This document shows positions 25,354 to 37,210 of a stretch of DNA of 60,992 bases, piece by piece (within the stretch, counting starts at the first letter, position 1; every line of letters starts with the position of its first letter). The translations under genes and the position numbers were made by a program. The notes below the pieces were generated by a model. That model had not been told where the DNA came from, did no database searches, and worked only from the letters and a program-made list of their open reading frames with translations. The stretch is from Octopus sinensis (Eukaryota). The stretch lies in NCBI RefSeq assembly GCF_006345805.1, contig NW_021832562.1, positions 1 through 60,992 on the forward strand, in the 5' to 3' direction.

Positions 25354-26164
25354 CATAATAACGGTGTTGATGCTGATGACGATAAATAGATTGGTTTTAG
25401 TTTCGATATCTTCAATATCTCATGCTCTTTAAATTTAGCTTGTATCACGTTTACCGACCCTGGAAGGAGGAGAAGTGACATTGAACACAGGGGAATTTGA
25501 ACGCAGAAACGTTTTACCAGACGGCCTAAAAATTTTGCGTTTCTAATCTTAGTACAATGTTACCAATTTGTAGCAATTGCATAGAAGCGTAAATAGAACC
25601 CGACTTTGACTGATGCAGTTTTTATCAGATATGGTAGGATGGAAAGTAAATTTTTAACCCTTGGGATTTGTAATATTATTATTGATAGAAAGGCTTAAGA
25701 ACAACTTGCTTGTGCAAGTGCCGCCAATCTAAAAGTGTTGCATACTGGACACCCGTAAATTTCAAGAAGTTCGGGCCTTCATCTCAACGCCTTTACATCC
25801 CTCAGACCCACCCCAACCCCGACCTTACTTTTATAAGCTCTCTTCTCCCATTGGATCGACTGATTAACCTTCAATCATCGATATCCGTTCTTCTCGTACG
25901 CTTCCTCTCCGAGACATCTGTAACTCTACTTTTCATTTTCAGTTAGTTATTTCGTTTCTTCGTTATCTCTTCTGGCCAATAGGCATCTTGACCGAACGAA
26001 TATTAATTAGAAAGAGCCTCAGCTGGAGCATTTGTCGATCCACTGTGATTTCAGTCCTGAGATGTGGCAGCCGGTTTAGTCGTCGATGATCTGATTAGGC
26101 CATAGGTAATTATCATGCCGTTATTTATGATAATTGAAAAATTCTTAGTAGTAGTTCTTCTAAT

Positions 26165-26265
26165 TGTGTATGTTGTGAGTTCAAGTTTCGCCGAGGTTAA
26201 TTTATTTTTCAGCCCTTCTAGGTCGATAAAATTTAAGTGCCAGTTGTGTACCGAATAACTCCTTG
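26165..26265 (+). mobile_element. SINE family C, partial
   Basis: gagttcaagtttcgccgaggtt...ggtcgataaaatttaagtgccag. Confidence 0.55.
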
Positions 26266-26329
26266 CCTTTGGCGTGATTACAGAGGATTATCTTAATTCT
26301 ATTTAATTTTGTCGCGAAGCCAGTAAACT

Positions 26330-26495
26330 TTAGTGGGATGGGGGTAGTAAGTCGATTGCATCGCCCCCAGTGTTCAACTGGTACTTATTATATTGAACTC
26401 GAAATGAAGAATTTCACTCAGAATGTAAAGACCCTGAAAAATGCCACTATGCATTTTGTCTAACGTGCTAACAATTCCGCCACCTCGCCGCCAAA
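26330..26495 (-). mobile_element. SINE family C, partial
   Basis: agtcgattgcatcgcccccagtgttcaactggtactt...cgtgctaacaattccgcca. Confidence 0.65.
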
Positions 26496-27342
26496 ATTGG
26501 ATTAGAATAATGGCTGTGAATTAGCAGCGCCCTTGCAGTGGTTTGAATTGAAACCGTAAGAAAGTATATCCGTATGAAGTAAGCGCCAATAACAGACATT
26601 GGTTGTATTCCATTGTTTTTGATTAACCAGCGAAAAAGTATAAGCAAAAAAAATGAAAGTCTGGAGAAAATAGTTATGATAGGCATCGACGAATATTGTA
26701 AAGTAAAGTTAGTGAGTTTCTATAAAGGATTGTGCGGCGAGGGGAAGAGCATATTGACTTTCGGTTAAGAGAGATAAAAATCTTTTGCTTTTTCCAAACG
26801 AAGGGTCAATCCTGTAATCTCAGCTCTAAGCGAACTTTACACAGAAATAGCTTCGTACCGTAAAGAACACAAATCGAAATTATGCTTAAAATATATCGTT
26901 ATTGTATTCGTTGTGCACAATGCTCTCGGGACACAATCTAAACTTTTGAAATAGCGAAATTTTTTATTGACTGTGGACGAATCAATCAATACTTCGATGA
27001 AAATGTTTAGAGTTCGATTATTATCAGATAAAAATGATCGTGAAAGGAGTTGAGGAGATAACGAAAAAAGCATCTGATATTGTTGTGCATTGATTTTTTA
27101 GTTTTAGATCGTTACTGTATATGTTTTAAGTATCACAGGGCAAAAGTTATGAGTGGTCAATGGAGGTGCAAGAAGAAAAAAAGCTGTCAAGTTTCTTTGT
27201 AATGTTGTATAGTTAAAGAGGGCACACTTTGTGCAAGATGTCTTTTATCGTAACCACAATTAGATGGAGAACTGCCGAATCTGGGGTAACCTAAAAAGTT
27301 AGCTAAGAAAATATTGATGCCCGCTTTCTTTATTATATATAT

Positions 27343-27403
<61 letters not shown>

Positions 27404-27679
27404 CAATGCAAGTTATAAGAAATAAATCAATGATTTATATAATTTTATCATGTATTTTGATATTCTGGGGTACAACCTCTTCTTCAGAAAAGGATATCAT
27501 ACTGAGATCCAATTATACCAATGTGATATCATTACCCAATATAATTTGATTCTTCCAGTGGGATAAAAACTACTACAAGTTCGATCTAAGCGTCTATACC
27601 CATCCTACAAATTGGTGAGATTGTACCCCTGTTACTAATAAATATTAGATATGTAGATTGGCGGAATATATGTGAAACT

Positions 27680-27925
27680 GCATGTCTCAGTGGTTAGAGC
27701 GTCGAGCTTACGATCGTGAGATTGTGAGTTCGATTCAAGGACCGGGCTGCGTGTTGTGTTCTTGAGCAAGACACATTATTTCACGTTGCTCTAGTTCACT
27801 CATCTGGAGAAATGAGTTACGATGTCACAGGTACCAAGCTGCATCGGCCTTTGCCTTTCCTTTGGATAACATCGATAGCGGGAAGAGTGAGGCTGGTATG
27901 CATGGGCGACTGCTGGTCTTCATAA
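27680..27925 (+). mobile_element. SINE family D (tRNA head + CORE-like domain)
   Basis: cagtggttagagc...gagttcgattc boxes, then cttgagcaagacac...ttcactcatctggagaaatgag, resembling the CORE consensus CCTTGGGCAAG...TTCCTCATCTGTAAAATG (from memory). Confidence 0.75.
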
Positions 27926-27940
27926 CCTTTTCATTTTTTT

Positions 27941-28098
27941 GGCAGGAGTGGCTGTGTGGTAAATAGCTTGCTAACCAACCACATGGTTCCGGGTTCAGTC
28001 CCACTGCGAGGCATCTTGGACAAGTGTCTTCTGCTATAGCCCGGGCTGACCAATGCCTTGTGAGTGGATTTGGTAGACGGAAACTGAAAGAAGCCTGT

Positions 28099-28133
<35 letters not shown>

Positions 28134-28361
28134 GTGTGTGTGTTTGTGTGTCTGTGTTTGTCCCCCTAGCATTGCTTGACAACCGATGCTGGTGTGTTTA
28201 CGTCCCCGTCACTTAGCGGTTCGGCAAAAGAGACCGATAGAATAAGTACTGGGCTTACAAAGAATAAGTCCCGGGTCGATTTGCTCGACTAAAGGCGGTG
28301 CTCCAGCATGGCCGCAGTCAAATGACTGAAACAAGTAAAAGAGAGTAAGAGTAAAGAGAGT
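27941..28361 (+). mobile_element. SINE family A, full-length young copy with internal (TA)n(TG)n
   Basis: ggcaggagtggctgtgtggta (A box), gggttcagtccc (B box), body, internal microsatellite, 3' domain and gtaa(a)aga tail. Confidence 0.9.
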
Positions 28362-28400
28362 ATTCTACGTACTTTCTTTTTTTCATAAACATATACCTAC

Positions 28401-28412
28401 TTTTGCAGCACC

Positions 28413-28417
<5 letters not shown>
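28401..28417 (-). mobile_element. Possible solo Tc1/mariner-type TIR remnant (TA-CAGGGTG...)
   Basis: Reverse complement is tacagggtgctgcaaaa, abutting a (TA)n run. Partner TIR not found. Confidence 0.3.
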
Positions 28418-28498
<81 letters not shown>

Positions 28499-28559
28499 TT
28501 AATTTCTACTGTTAATCCTTTATCTCATATCATTTACTTGCCATTAAGCTTGAAATACA

Positions 28560-29220
28560 ATTTTAAATATCTGCACTAAACTATTGTCCTTATAACCTTA
28601 CCTAGATTGGTCTTCCACCCCAAACTCTACAGAAACTTTTGACCTCTAACCCCCCATACCATACTGACCTATCTATATCATTACCTTCACTTTTATTAAT
28701 TTTAATTTTTATTATTTTTACAGTTACTGCTATCTTATTTTATTTTTATTCTTTCTCCTTTCTCTCTCTCCACTCTCCTTCTCTCTTTCTCTCTTTCTAC
28801 TTCCTCTCTACTCTCTCTCTCTCTCTCTCTCTCTTATACCCCCACTCACAAAACCCATTTATGTCCATCATACTTTTTATATACACATTTTCAATATGAG
28901 TACATCATTTAGAATGCTGCCAAAATACTGCCTGGATTTACCTGAGATTTTAACTAAAATCCTATACCTTCATGGAAATACCAACCAACCCACATACATT
29001 CTCTGGAAAAAGATGACTTGTGAACATTATTCTCCTGCCTAAATTCTCCCAAATACTTGTATTCTTTATTCTTCTATTTTATTCCTTGTAAACTGTGAAT
29101 TTTCTCCGTCTAAAATATTCATACCTTGTCTCTGATGACAGGGTACCAAGTGTATGGACATGTTAACCTATCACTTGGGTTATGGCTGTAATACTTCAAA
29201 TTAAATTATTCTAAATGACA
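28560..29220 (+). mobile_element. Possible Penelope-like element 3' relic
   Basis: WIYLRF*LKSYT at ~28930 resembles the FWIxxLxTxxPxGxN GIY-YIG C-terminus. Followed by a pyrimidine-rich tract and ctctgatgacaggg (pLTR-like). Very decayed. Confidence 0.3.
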
Positions 29221-29259
29221 TGAGAAACTCGTTCTGGTTTAGTTTTGATTTTTTCCTCT

Positions 29260-29284
<25 letters not shown>

Positions 29285-29290
<6 letters not shown>

Positions 29291-29574
29291 ATCACCTGAC
29301 CGACCAGTCCATCAGATGTAGTTACACATCGCTGGTCACAATGCGTTCGCATTGTTTTAGCCTTCGAATGACACCACCCCGCTGGCTAAACGAGCAGGCC
29401 AACAGAAGAAAGAGTGGGAAAAGAGTACAGCATGGATCACCACCCCCTGTCGGAGCCTCGTGGAGCTTTTCAGGTGTTTTCGCTCAATAAACACTCACAA
29501 CGCCCGGTCTGGGAATCGAAACCGCGATCCTACGACTGCGAGTCCGCTGCCCTAACCGCTGGGCCATTGCGCCT

Positions 29575-29575
<1 letters not shown>
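29285..29575 (-). mobile_element. SINE family B, alternative 3' tail
   Basis: Shares the tRNA-like head and ~180 nt with 51158-51547, then diverges completely. Confidence 0.85.
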
Positions 29576-29608
<33 letters not shown>

Positions 29609-29626
29609 CATATATATATATATAAT

Positions 29627-29709
<83 letters not shown>

Positions 29710-29847
29710 ATATACACACATATATATTGTCAACAGATCTTCAGTAACATTCGCTCTTCCAGATTTCCTCGCATGACGCTACCATTTCGAGTCTATGGTG
29801 TAAAAAACGTTTTGTTTTGTTTGTGCGAGGTGTCTCACTGTAGTATC

Positions 29848-30079
29848 TATTTCTTTACTACCCACAGGGGGCTAAACACAGAGGGGGCAAAGAATGACAG
29901 TCAAAACGGATTAAGTCGATTACATCGATCCCAGTGCGCAACTGCTACTTATTTAATCGACCCCGAAAGGATCAAAGGCAAAGTCGACCCCGGTGGAATT
30001 TGAACTCAAAACGTAACGGCAGACGAAATACGGCTAAGCATTTCGCCCGGCGTGCTAACGTTTCTGCCAGCTCGCCGTT
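29848..30079 (-). mobile_element. SINE family C (tail variant alpha), full-length with 13-bp TSD
   Basis: Perfect direct repeat tcactgtagtatc at 29835-29847 and 30080-30092. Confidence 0.92.
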
Positions 30080-30781
30080 TCACTGTAGTATCGAAACTGG
30101 AACACACATGTTCGTGAAAGGAACTTTCTAATCACGCAGTCATTACTTACTTGAACTAATTCGACATTTATATTGTTGAAGGATGAGAACTTCTTGAAAC
30201 TCAGAACTATCGAAATAAATGTCATGGGTGTCTTTTTATTTCTATATTTATTTCTCCGGCAATGTTTTTTTGTCTGAACCTCAAAAAGGTCAGCTTTGCT
30301 TTTTATTCTTTCCTGGGAATCGATAACCAGAAGAAAAATAATGAAATCACTAACATTGTGTGATCGCTTATATCAACTCTTTATGCTTTGTGTAAATCGA
30401 TATCTGAATTGCTTTTACGGTTTAACTCTCCCCAGCTACGTCAGTCATGATCGAAGAGACCTATTATCAAAGTCATTCTAACCATGACCATCCTGTCGTT
30501 TCCTTTTTAGTATTTTCAGATATTGAGTATACATGACTAGATTACATATAAGAGTGTGTAAGGCTCAATAAGATACGGTGCGGTGTGGAGTGAAAAGGCC
30601 AGGCTCTTTGGACTTCGGTTTTTTGACGGTCGGGTATGGCGAATGATTAATCAGGGTAAATGGGCAAAAATGAAGTGAATATGTTTAAATGTGTATGGCC
30701 GGAAAGTTGATAATGAAGTAACAACAGTGAACTACTTCGAAGAGGAAAGAGCTACTCTCATTGGACCACGAAGGGAAGACC

Positions 30782-30960
30782 CGTAGCGTGGCTTCGTGGC
30801 TAAGGAGTTGCACACAAGATAGCAAGATCGTGGGTTGTGTTCTTGAACTAAACACTTCATTTCACATTGCTCCATTACACTCACCTGTAAATGAGTCACC
30901 CTGCGACGAACTGGTGTCCAGTTCAGCTGGAATCTTATGATCACGGTCACTTGTACGCAA
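30782..30960 (+). mobile_element. SINE family D, degenerate (CORE-like + V-domain-like)
   Basis: gttgtgttcttgaactaaacacttcatttcacattgctcc...cacctgtaaatgagt...ccctgcgacgaactggtgtcc. Confidence 0.6.
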
Positions 30961-31635
30961 TGCAAACTTGGTAACTGTCCCTATGAATTATAGAACTCCA
31001 AGACAACGATGTCCAAAGAACTTACTGTACGCATTTTTTTTTTCGGACTACGATCATTCAAGGGTCAAATATGGGTATTGGTTGATCAGAGTAAGTGAAA
31101 ATAAAAAATGAGGAGTAAATATGTTGATAAAGGGGAAAGTGATGATGAGGTAATCACAGCGAATCGCAGAGACGTTGGGCGTTCAGAAGCATGTAGTGGA
31201 ACGCAGAAATGTGGCTGCTGCAGCATGGGATTGTAAATGTGAGAGAGTGTATGTGGGTTACTAGACATTTGGGAAGGGTGCGAGCTGATTGGAGGGAGGC
31301 CAGAGTGTGGTTTGAATTAAAGTAAGAAAGGAATATCTGGTGTCAGACATTAAGCATCTTGTCTCTCTTATTTAAGTAGAATATGATGTGTGAGGTAGAT
31401 TTAATTCCTATTTCTAGCAGATAAAGATATAATATAGAGGCTCTTCTTGTTGAGTCAATATGTGCGCTGGTTTAAATAAAATGTTAATCTATAGTGATAA
31501 AAATAACAGGTTTCTATTCCAATTTGAGTCAAACTCCCCAAAGTTATATCACTAACATTTTTTTTAAGAAAAAATGACCCCAAGTCCGTTAACTTTTTCA
31601 TCAAACGAATCGATGGCGGCGGTTCTTCGTAGTAG

Positions 31636-31972
31636 AACAGCCTGCTCGTGAAATTAACGTGTAAGTGGCTGAGCACTCCAGACACGTGTACCCTAACGTA
31701 GTTCTCAGGGATATTCAGCGTGACACAGAGAGAGTGAAAACAAGGGACTTTGACAACGGTGCCTTTGAAATACAGGTACACAGACAGGAAGTAAGATTGA
31801 GAAAGTTGTGGTGACAGAGTACAGCAGGGATCACCACCATCCCCCGGAGGGAGCCTCGTGGAGCTTTAGGTGTTTCGCCTCAATAAATACTCACAACGCC
31901 CGGTCTGGGAATCGAAACCGCGATCCTATGACCGCGAGCCCGCTGCCCTAACCACTGGGCCATTGCGCCTCC
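31636..31972 (-). mobile_element. SINE family B
   Basis: High identity to 51215-51547. Confidence 0.9.
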
Positions 31973-32375
31973 ATTGCGACATAACATTCTCCTAATAGCA
32001 TTAGCTTGATCTACTAACCTCTGCCCAGTCATTTTAAACATACCCTTCTCTACTCAAAGTGTTAACATTCGTTTTCTATAGCCCCCTTTGTTTTAGCTTC
32101 CCTTTCTAAGTAGCTCTGCATAACTATCCTGTTTTCTTCCTCCTGGTCTACTTCCTCCTCCTTACTCTATTATCTGCTGATGATTTTTTTAAGGATAACA
32201 GCTATTCATCAGTCTGCATCTTTACTGAACCACTGCCGAACGAGGATGCCTACCCATAAAGGTCCAGCTTCATTTTGCCCTTACTACCAGAGTTTCTTCG
32301 AAAACTCGTCTCTCATAAACCGAAGCAAGGTAACTTCCGTCACCAACGTCATCACCACTATTATTTTTCGACATC

Positions 32376-32449
<74 letters not shown>

Positions 32450-32476
32450 CATTATTAAATAATTAGTGAATATAGG

Positions 32477-32686
32477 CTGTGAACTGGCAGAATCGTTAGC
32501 ACTCCGAACGAAATGCTTAGCGGTATTTCGTCTGTCACTACGTTTTGAGTTCAAATTCTACCGAGGTCGACTTTGCCTTTCATCCTTTCCGAGGTGGATG
32601 AATTAAGTACCGGTGAAACACTGGGGTAGATGTAATTTACTATCCCCCTCTCCCAAATTTCAGGCCTCGTGCCTATAGTAGAAAGG
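32477..32686 (+). mobile_element. SINE family C (tail variant beta), followed by (ATT)n to 32762
   Basis: ctggcagaatcgttagc...gagttcaaattc..ccgaggtcgactttgcctttcatcc...taagtacc...ggcctcgtgcctatagtagaaagg(att)n. Confidence 0.88.
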
Positions 32687-32739
<53 letters not shown>

Positions 32740-33164
32740 CATTATTATCATTATTATTATTATAAAATACGAGATTGTCACAACTGAAATAATTTTCTTT
32801 ATAGAGTTGCACAACAGCCTTCTGCCAGTAAATTCTGGCTATCATGTGTCTTGTATGATATAATCGATAACAGTACATTTCCTAAACAAGCCTTATTGTG
32901 TAAGTACTGAATAAAATATCTGACTTTACCAAGTGTAAAGCTATGGCTGCATAAGAAGGGTTTTAGTATGAAATAAATGAAATTTATAGAGTTGGAGATC
33001 TATTAAATATTAACTTCGGGTGAAGAATATATTAAGGTTTCCTTGATTGGTGATCAGTTATGACGTCACTAATCTATTTATGTTCTTATTGGAGGTTGAA
33101 GTGAGAGCCTTCGCTAAATGTATTCTTGTAAGTCGAAAGGAGGCCAAATATGAGCGTAGGCGTA

Positions 33165-33183
33165 CTATGCATATGTGTGCCTG

Positions 33184-33242
<59 letters not shown>

Positions 33243-33451
33243 CATACGATCACATAACATATATATGTGTTGGCAATATTGATATATATTAAAGCTTCTC
33301 TGCTTTATTTTTGAAGCACGCTCTCTCTCTCATACACACTCTCAAGCTCAAACTCTATCTCTCTCTTTACACACACATATATATACACAACATATATGTG
33401 TGTGTGCGTGTGTGTATTGATATAATATATATATGTGTGTGTGTGTGTGTG

Positions 33452-33485
<34 letters not shown>

Positions 33486-33566
33486 ATTTATGTATTATCT
33501 ATGACTGTATGAACATATATATATATTTACATATACATGCATTTATGTATTCATATATTGTGTGTA

Positions 33567-33625
<59 letters not shown>

Positions 33626-33672
33626 GTATATATGTATATACAAACATTTTGTATTTATCTATGCCTGTATGA

Positions 33673-33716
<44 letters not shown>

Positions 33717-33847
33717 TGCATTTATATATTCATATATTGTGTATATATACATATATATATAATACATTATATATATTATATATATATATATAATATATAT
33801 ATACAGACATAAATATACATATATATCTAATGTGTATAATATATACA

Positions 33848-33890
<43 letters not shown>
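33165..33890. repeat. Long compound (TA)n/(TG)n microsatellite zone
   Basis: Direct reading. Confidence 0.9.
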
Positions 33891-33892
<2 letters not shown>

Positions 33893-33903
33893 TGAAAACG
33901 TAT

Positions 33904-34590
33904 AATAAATCCACAAACAAATGGCAAACAGATACAATTCACCAAACCCTCATCAGTTAACGGTCAAAGCGTCAAACGCAATTTCGTGTCTTACAATAAT
34001 ATCGCTTCCCTTCTGGGTGGGTCTCTCTCTCTCTCTCTTCTTCCCTCTCTGCTCTCTGTATCTCCGTCTGCCCTCTACAACTTTTCTCCCTCCTACCAAT
34101 GACACGTGACCCGTGGTCATCCTTTTTTTCTCTTCCTCCTTTCTTTTCACCCCGACCGCTGAAGCAACTGGTCATATTTTCTCTAGTCTCCTAATTCAAC
34201 CAGTTTTGCTGTCTGTTGTCCTTATGTTTCTAACCTTTTAAGATGTTCCTCTTAGCGTTATCCATACTTTCGTCCTTGCTTGACCGTAAGGCCGTATTCT
34301 GTTTATTTATTTCGTCTTTGACCCTCGTCCGTCCACTAATGCTCTGCTCTTGAATTACATTTATTCGTGTTCATATGTCGACTTCTGCATTGCATGTATA
34401 TCCATTTCTTGTTTTCCGTTCTTGTTCTGTTATGCTTTGCTCCCATTTCCCGCCAGCTTCTTGTTCTGGCGCTACCGGAAGGGAAACAAAATTATCATAA
34501 GGCGCGAAATTGCGTTTGATACTTTGGCCGTTAACTGATGAGGAATTGGTGACATTCTGTGTATGTTTACCATTTGTTTGTGCATTTATT
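33904..34590. repeat. Foldback: ~115 bp imperfect inverted repeats (33904-34017 / 34472-34590)
   Basis: Hand alignment: outer 27 bp 25/27, inner 66 bp 55/66 identical to the reverse complement. Confidence 0.9.
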
Positions 34591-34654
34591 GTTTCTTAAC
34601 CTATTAATTAATGGAACGCTACGTACCATTGATTTTATTTGCAGTAAGTTTTGT

Positions 34655-34722
34655 AGGTAGGTAGGTAGGTAGGTAGGTAGGTAGGTATACAGATAGCTAG
34701 ATAAACAGACAGACAGACAGAC

Positions 34723-34817
<95 letters not shown>
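34655..34817. repeat. (GTAG)n-(CAGA)n-(GATA)n compound microsatellite
   Basis: Direct reading. Confidence 0.95.
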
Positions 34818-35502
34818 CAAACATGATACAAACAGTTACACATTTTTCTCACACACACAAACCCTAGTGTTTATAGAAGAGCTCCAAAACTCCATTAGCA
34901 TGTTTCTTAATTGCATATGCATAATTTGACGGCATGATTAGTATTTTCCATATTTGCAATATATAAAAAAGACATTATTCGCGCTTATTTTATCATTTTT
35001 TTATTTATAATTTTGTAGTTGTTTAAAAAATAAGCAACAACGAATGATATATGAGTTTCTTGAATGTGACGCACAGCGATGAGTTGTTTACAAAATCATT
35101 TTTTAAAAAACATCAACGAAAACGTAGTAAAAAGTGTCTCGTTTAGCAGAATACTTTTCCATTTATTTATTTTTTTCTTGGATTTGGTTTTGTTTCTTAT
35201 TTATTTATACGAGACCTGTGTATATGCAGAGCGGAGAAACTCTTCAATTAGTTGCACGCAAAAATCGCTGCATTTTGTGAAGAGGTTTTTCATTATTTTT
35301 TCGCTTTTTTTTTTTTTGTTTATTTGTCTTTGTAGTTTATGCAACATTGTTATTTCTCTTTTAAACCCTTGGTGATTGAAGGAAATTAATGATGGTCGTA
35401 AAGGTTGAAACGTCACGTTGTAAAACGTTTAAATTTACGTAGAAAATGTTCCAGCACAATTTTCTAATAATATAGGAAAAGTGTCTCTTCCTTTTAATTT
35501 AG

Positions 35503-35514
35503 CATCCATCCAAG
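35503..35514 (+). other. Candidate 12-nt microexon CATCCATCCAAG
   Basis: ctaat branch-like motif at ~35464, tctcttccttttaatttag acceptor, AAG|gtgaga donor. Confidence 0.25.
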
Positions 35515-36531
35515 GTGAGAAAAATCATTGCCGCTAACAACTTTTGTTGTACAGATAAACGACTCGTCAGTCGCCATTTTCCTCATCACTGACCAAGTCC
35601 ATCATCCGATTTATGTCTGGTTGATTACCACTATTGAGGACATGCTTGTATTTGAAGAAGTTTTTATCCTCTAACAACACTGAAGTTGTGTTCAATGCTG
35701 TTGGACAAATAACCATTTCTACTGGGTTTTTCGATTTTTGTTTTGTTTTTGTCTTGGCAAATCATTGAACGGTTTCATTAAAAGTCTACAGTGTTTCCAA
35801 GAAAACAACATTGCTCATAGCGAATATTATCCTTAAATTCTATAATACAATGGTCTTTGTGGTAAGCGTAAACTTTAAACTTTTCGCTGACCTTTGTTAC
35901 ACACACTCACACATACACACGCATAAACACACATATACACAAAGATATACACACACATAAACACGCACATACGCACACACAAATGTAACTCTTACGTGTA
36001 TATATATGTATCATGTAATGGATGTTGGTGCGTATGTAGTATATAATGGGTGTATGTGCATGTATGTAATGTATTTATGTATGTACCAAATGAATGTATG
36101 AGTTTATGTATACGCGTATGATGTAGCTAATGTATGTGTGTGTGTATGAATGTACGTATTATGTAATGTATGTAGTTTCATAGCACTATATTTCTTTCTT
36201 TGCTTGATTTAAACCATTCTTATGTTCACCCGTTTGGAGCAACGACACAAACTTTATTCAGATTTTCCTTTTTTTGTGTGTGTGTTTTTTTCATCAATTT
36301 TTTTTCTTTCTCTGTATTGATATTTGGTTCTGTCTGCTGTGTTCAATATTACGTTGTTGAAGATAATTTATTTTCTTATATCGATTGATTCTTTCTCAAA
36401 CGTTCTCTTGTTATTATTTGTATTGATGAGACGAACCGTGTTCGAAGTTATGGTACTTAATACTTACACTGTTGAGATAAACATTGCAAAAGTATGGTAC
36501 CAGCAATCCGCAACAGTGCTGTGGTTTAGAT

Positions 36532-36760
36532 CAGTGGCTCTCAAACACCTTTTTTTATCAAAGGAATCCTTAAGTTCCTAATTTATTCTACTGGACCTCC
36601 ATACCCATTTAATGTTCTTAAAAAGTCCCATATTTTTTTTGATTAAATATCTTTATGATTTGTATTTAAAAAATGTTAAAATAGTTTCTGCATGGGAGAA
36701 GTATAACCAATTTATTACAGATAAACAAAATCGTATATGGACTCCGGTTGAGAATGGTTT
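36532..36760. mobile_element. Degenerate hAT/Charlie-type MITE
   Basis: Left end cagtggctctcaaac preceded by gtttagat (Charlie-type target). Right end ggactccggttgagaa is a partial inverted match. TSD not confirmed. Confidence 0.45.
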
Positions 36761-37029
36761 ACTTCAACCACTGGAAATAATGTTTCTTATATATTTATTT
36801 ACGTCTGTAAAACTGTAACAACTCTTCCTATTTCAGCGTCGAAGACCTATATTGACCATTGAAAGATACACAAAAACGGTTAACTTCACTTGCAGTGAAG
36901 CCGTGTCACTTTCCAGCTCACGGTTTGTGTAACGAAAAGTTAGGCAGCAAATAAAAAATGTTGAAGTGAAGTCCACAGGTTTTGTGGGTTCTTGAAAGAT
37001 CAACAAGTTGTGTTCCACATTACACTTGT

Positions 37030-37210
37030 TTTACTTCCAACACGTGGTCTTATTTCAACTTCCGTCTGCCTTGTCAACGTATCACAATCGGCAGGAGGCT
37101 ATAGTAGAAGACAAGATGAGGTGTTGCCCAAGGTGAAGTGCCGCACAATGAGACTGAACCCAATGCCACAGGGTCGAGAAGAAAGCTTCTTAACGACAAA
37201 GCCAAGCCTG
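37030..37210 (-). mobile_element. SINE family A, degenerate 5' half
   Basis: ggctatagtagaagaca...gcccaaggtg...gccgcac..tgagactgaaccc. Confidence 0.6.

Noticed and set aside
27467-27629. 13-bp inverted repeat (ggggtacaacctc / gagattgtacccc) suggesting a 163 bp MITE
   Set aside because: 12/13 match at this spacing is expected several times by chance in 61 kb, and there is no TSD.
33940-34545. GAAA...CTGATGA order inside the foldback arms resembling a type II hammerhead
   Set aside because: Stems I-III cannot be formed convincingly in either arm, and the NUH is not shared.
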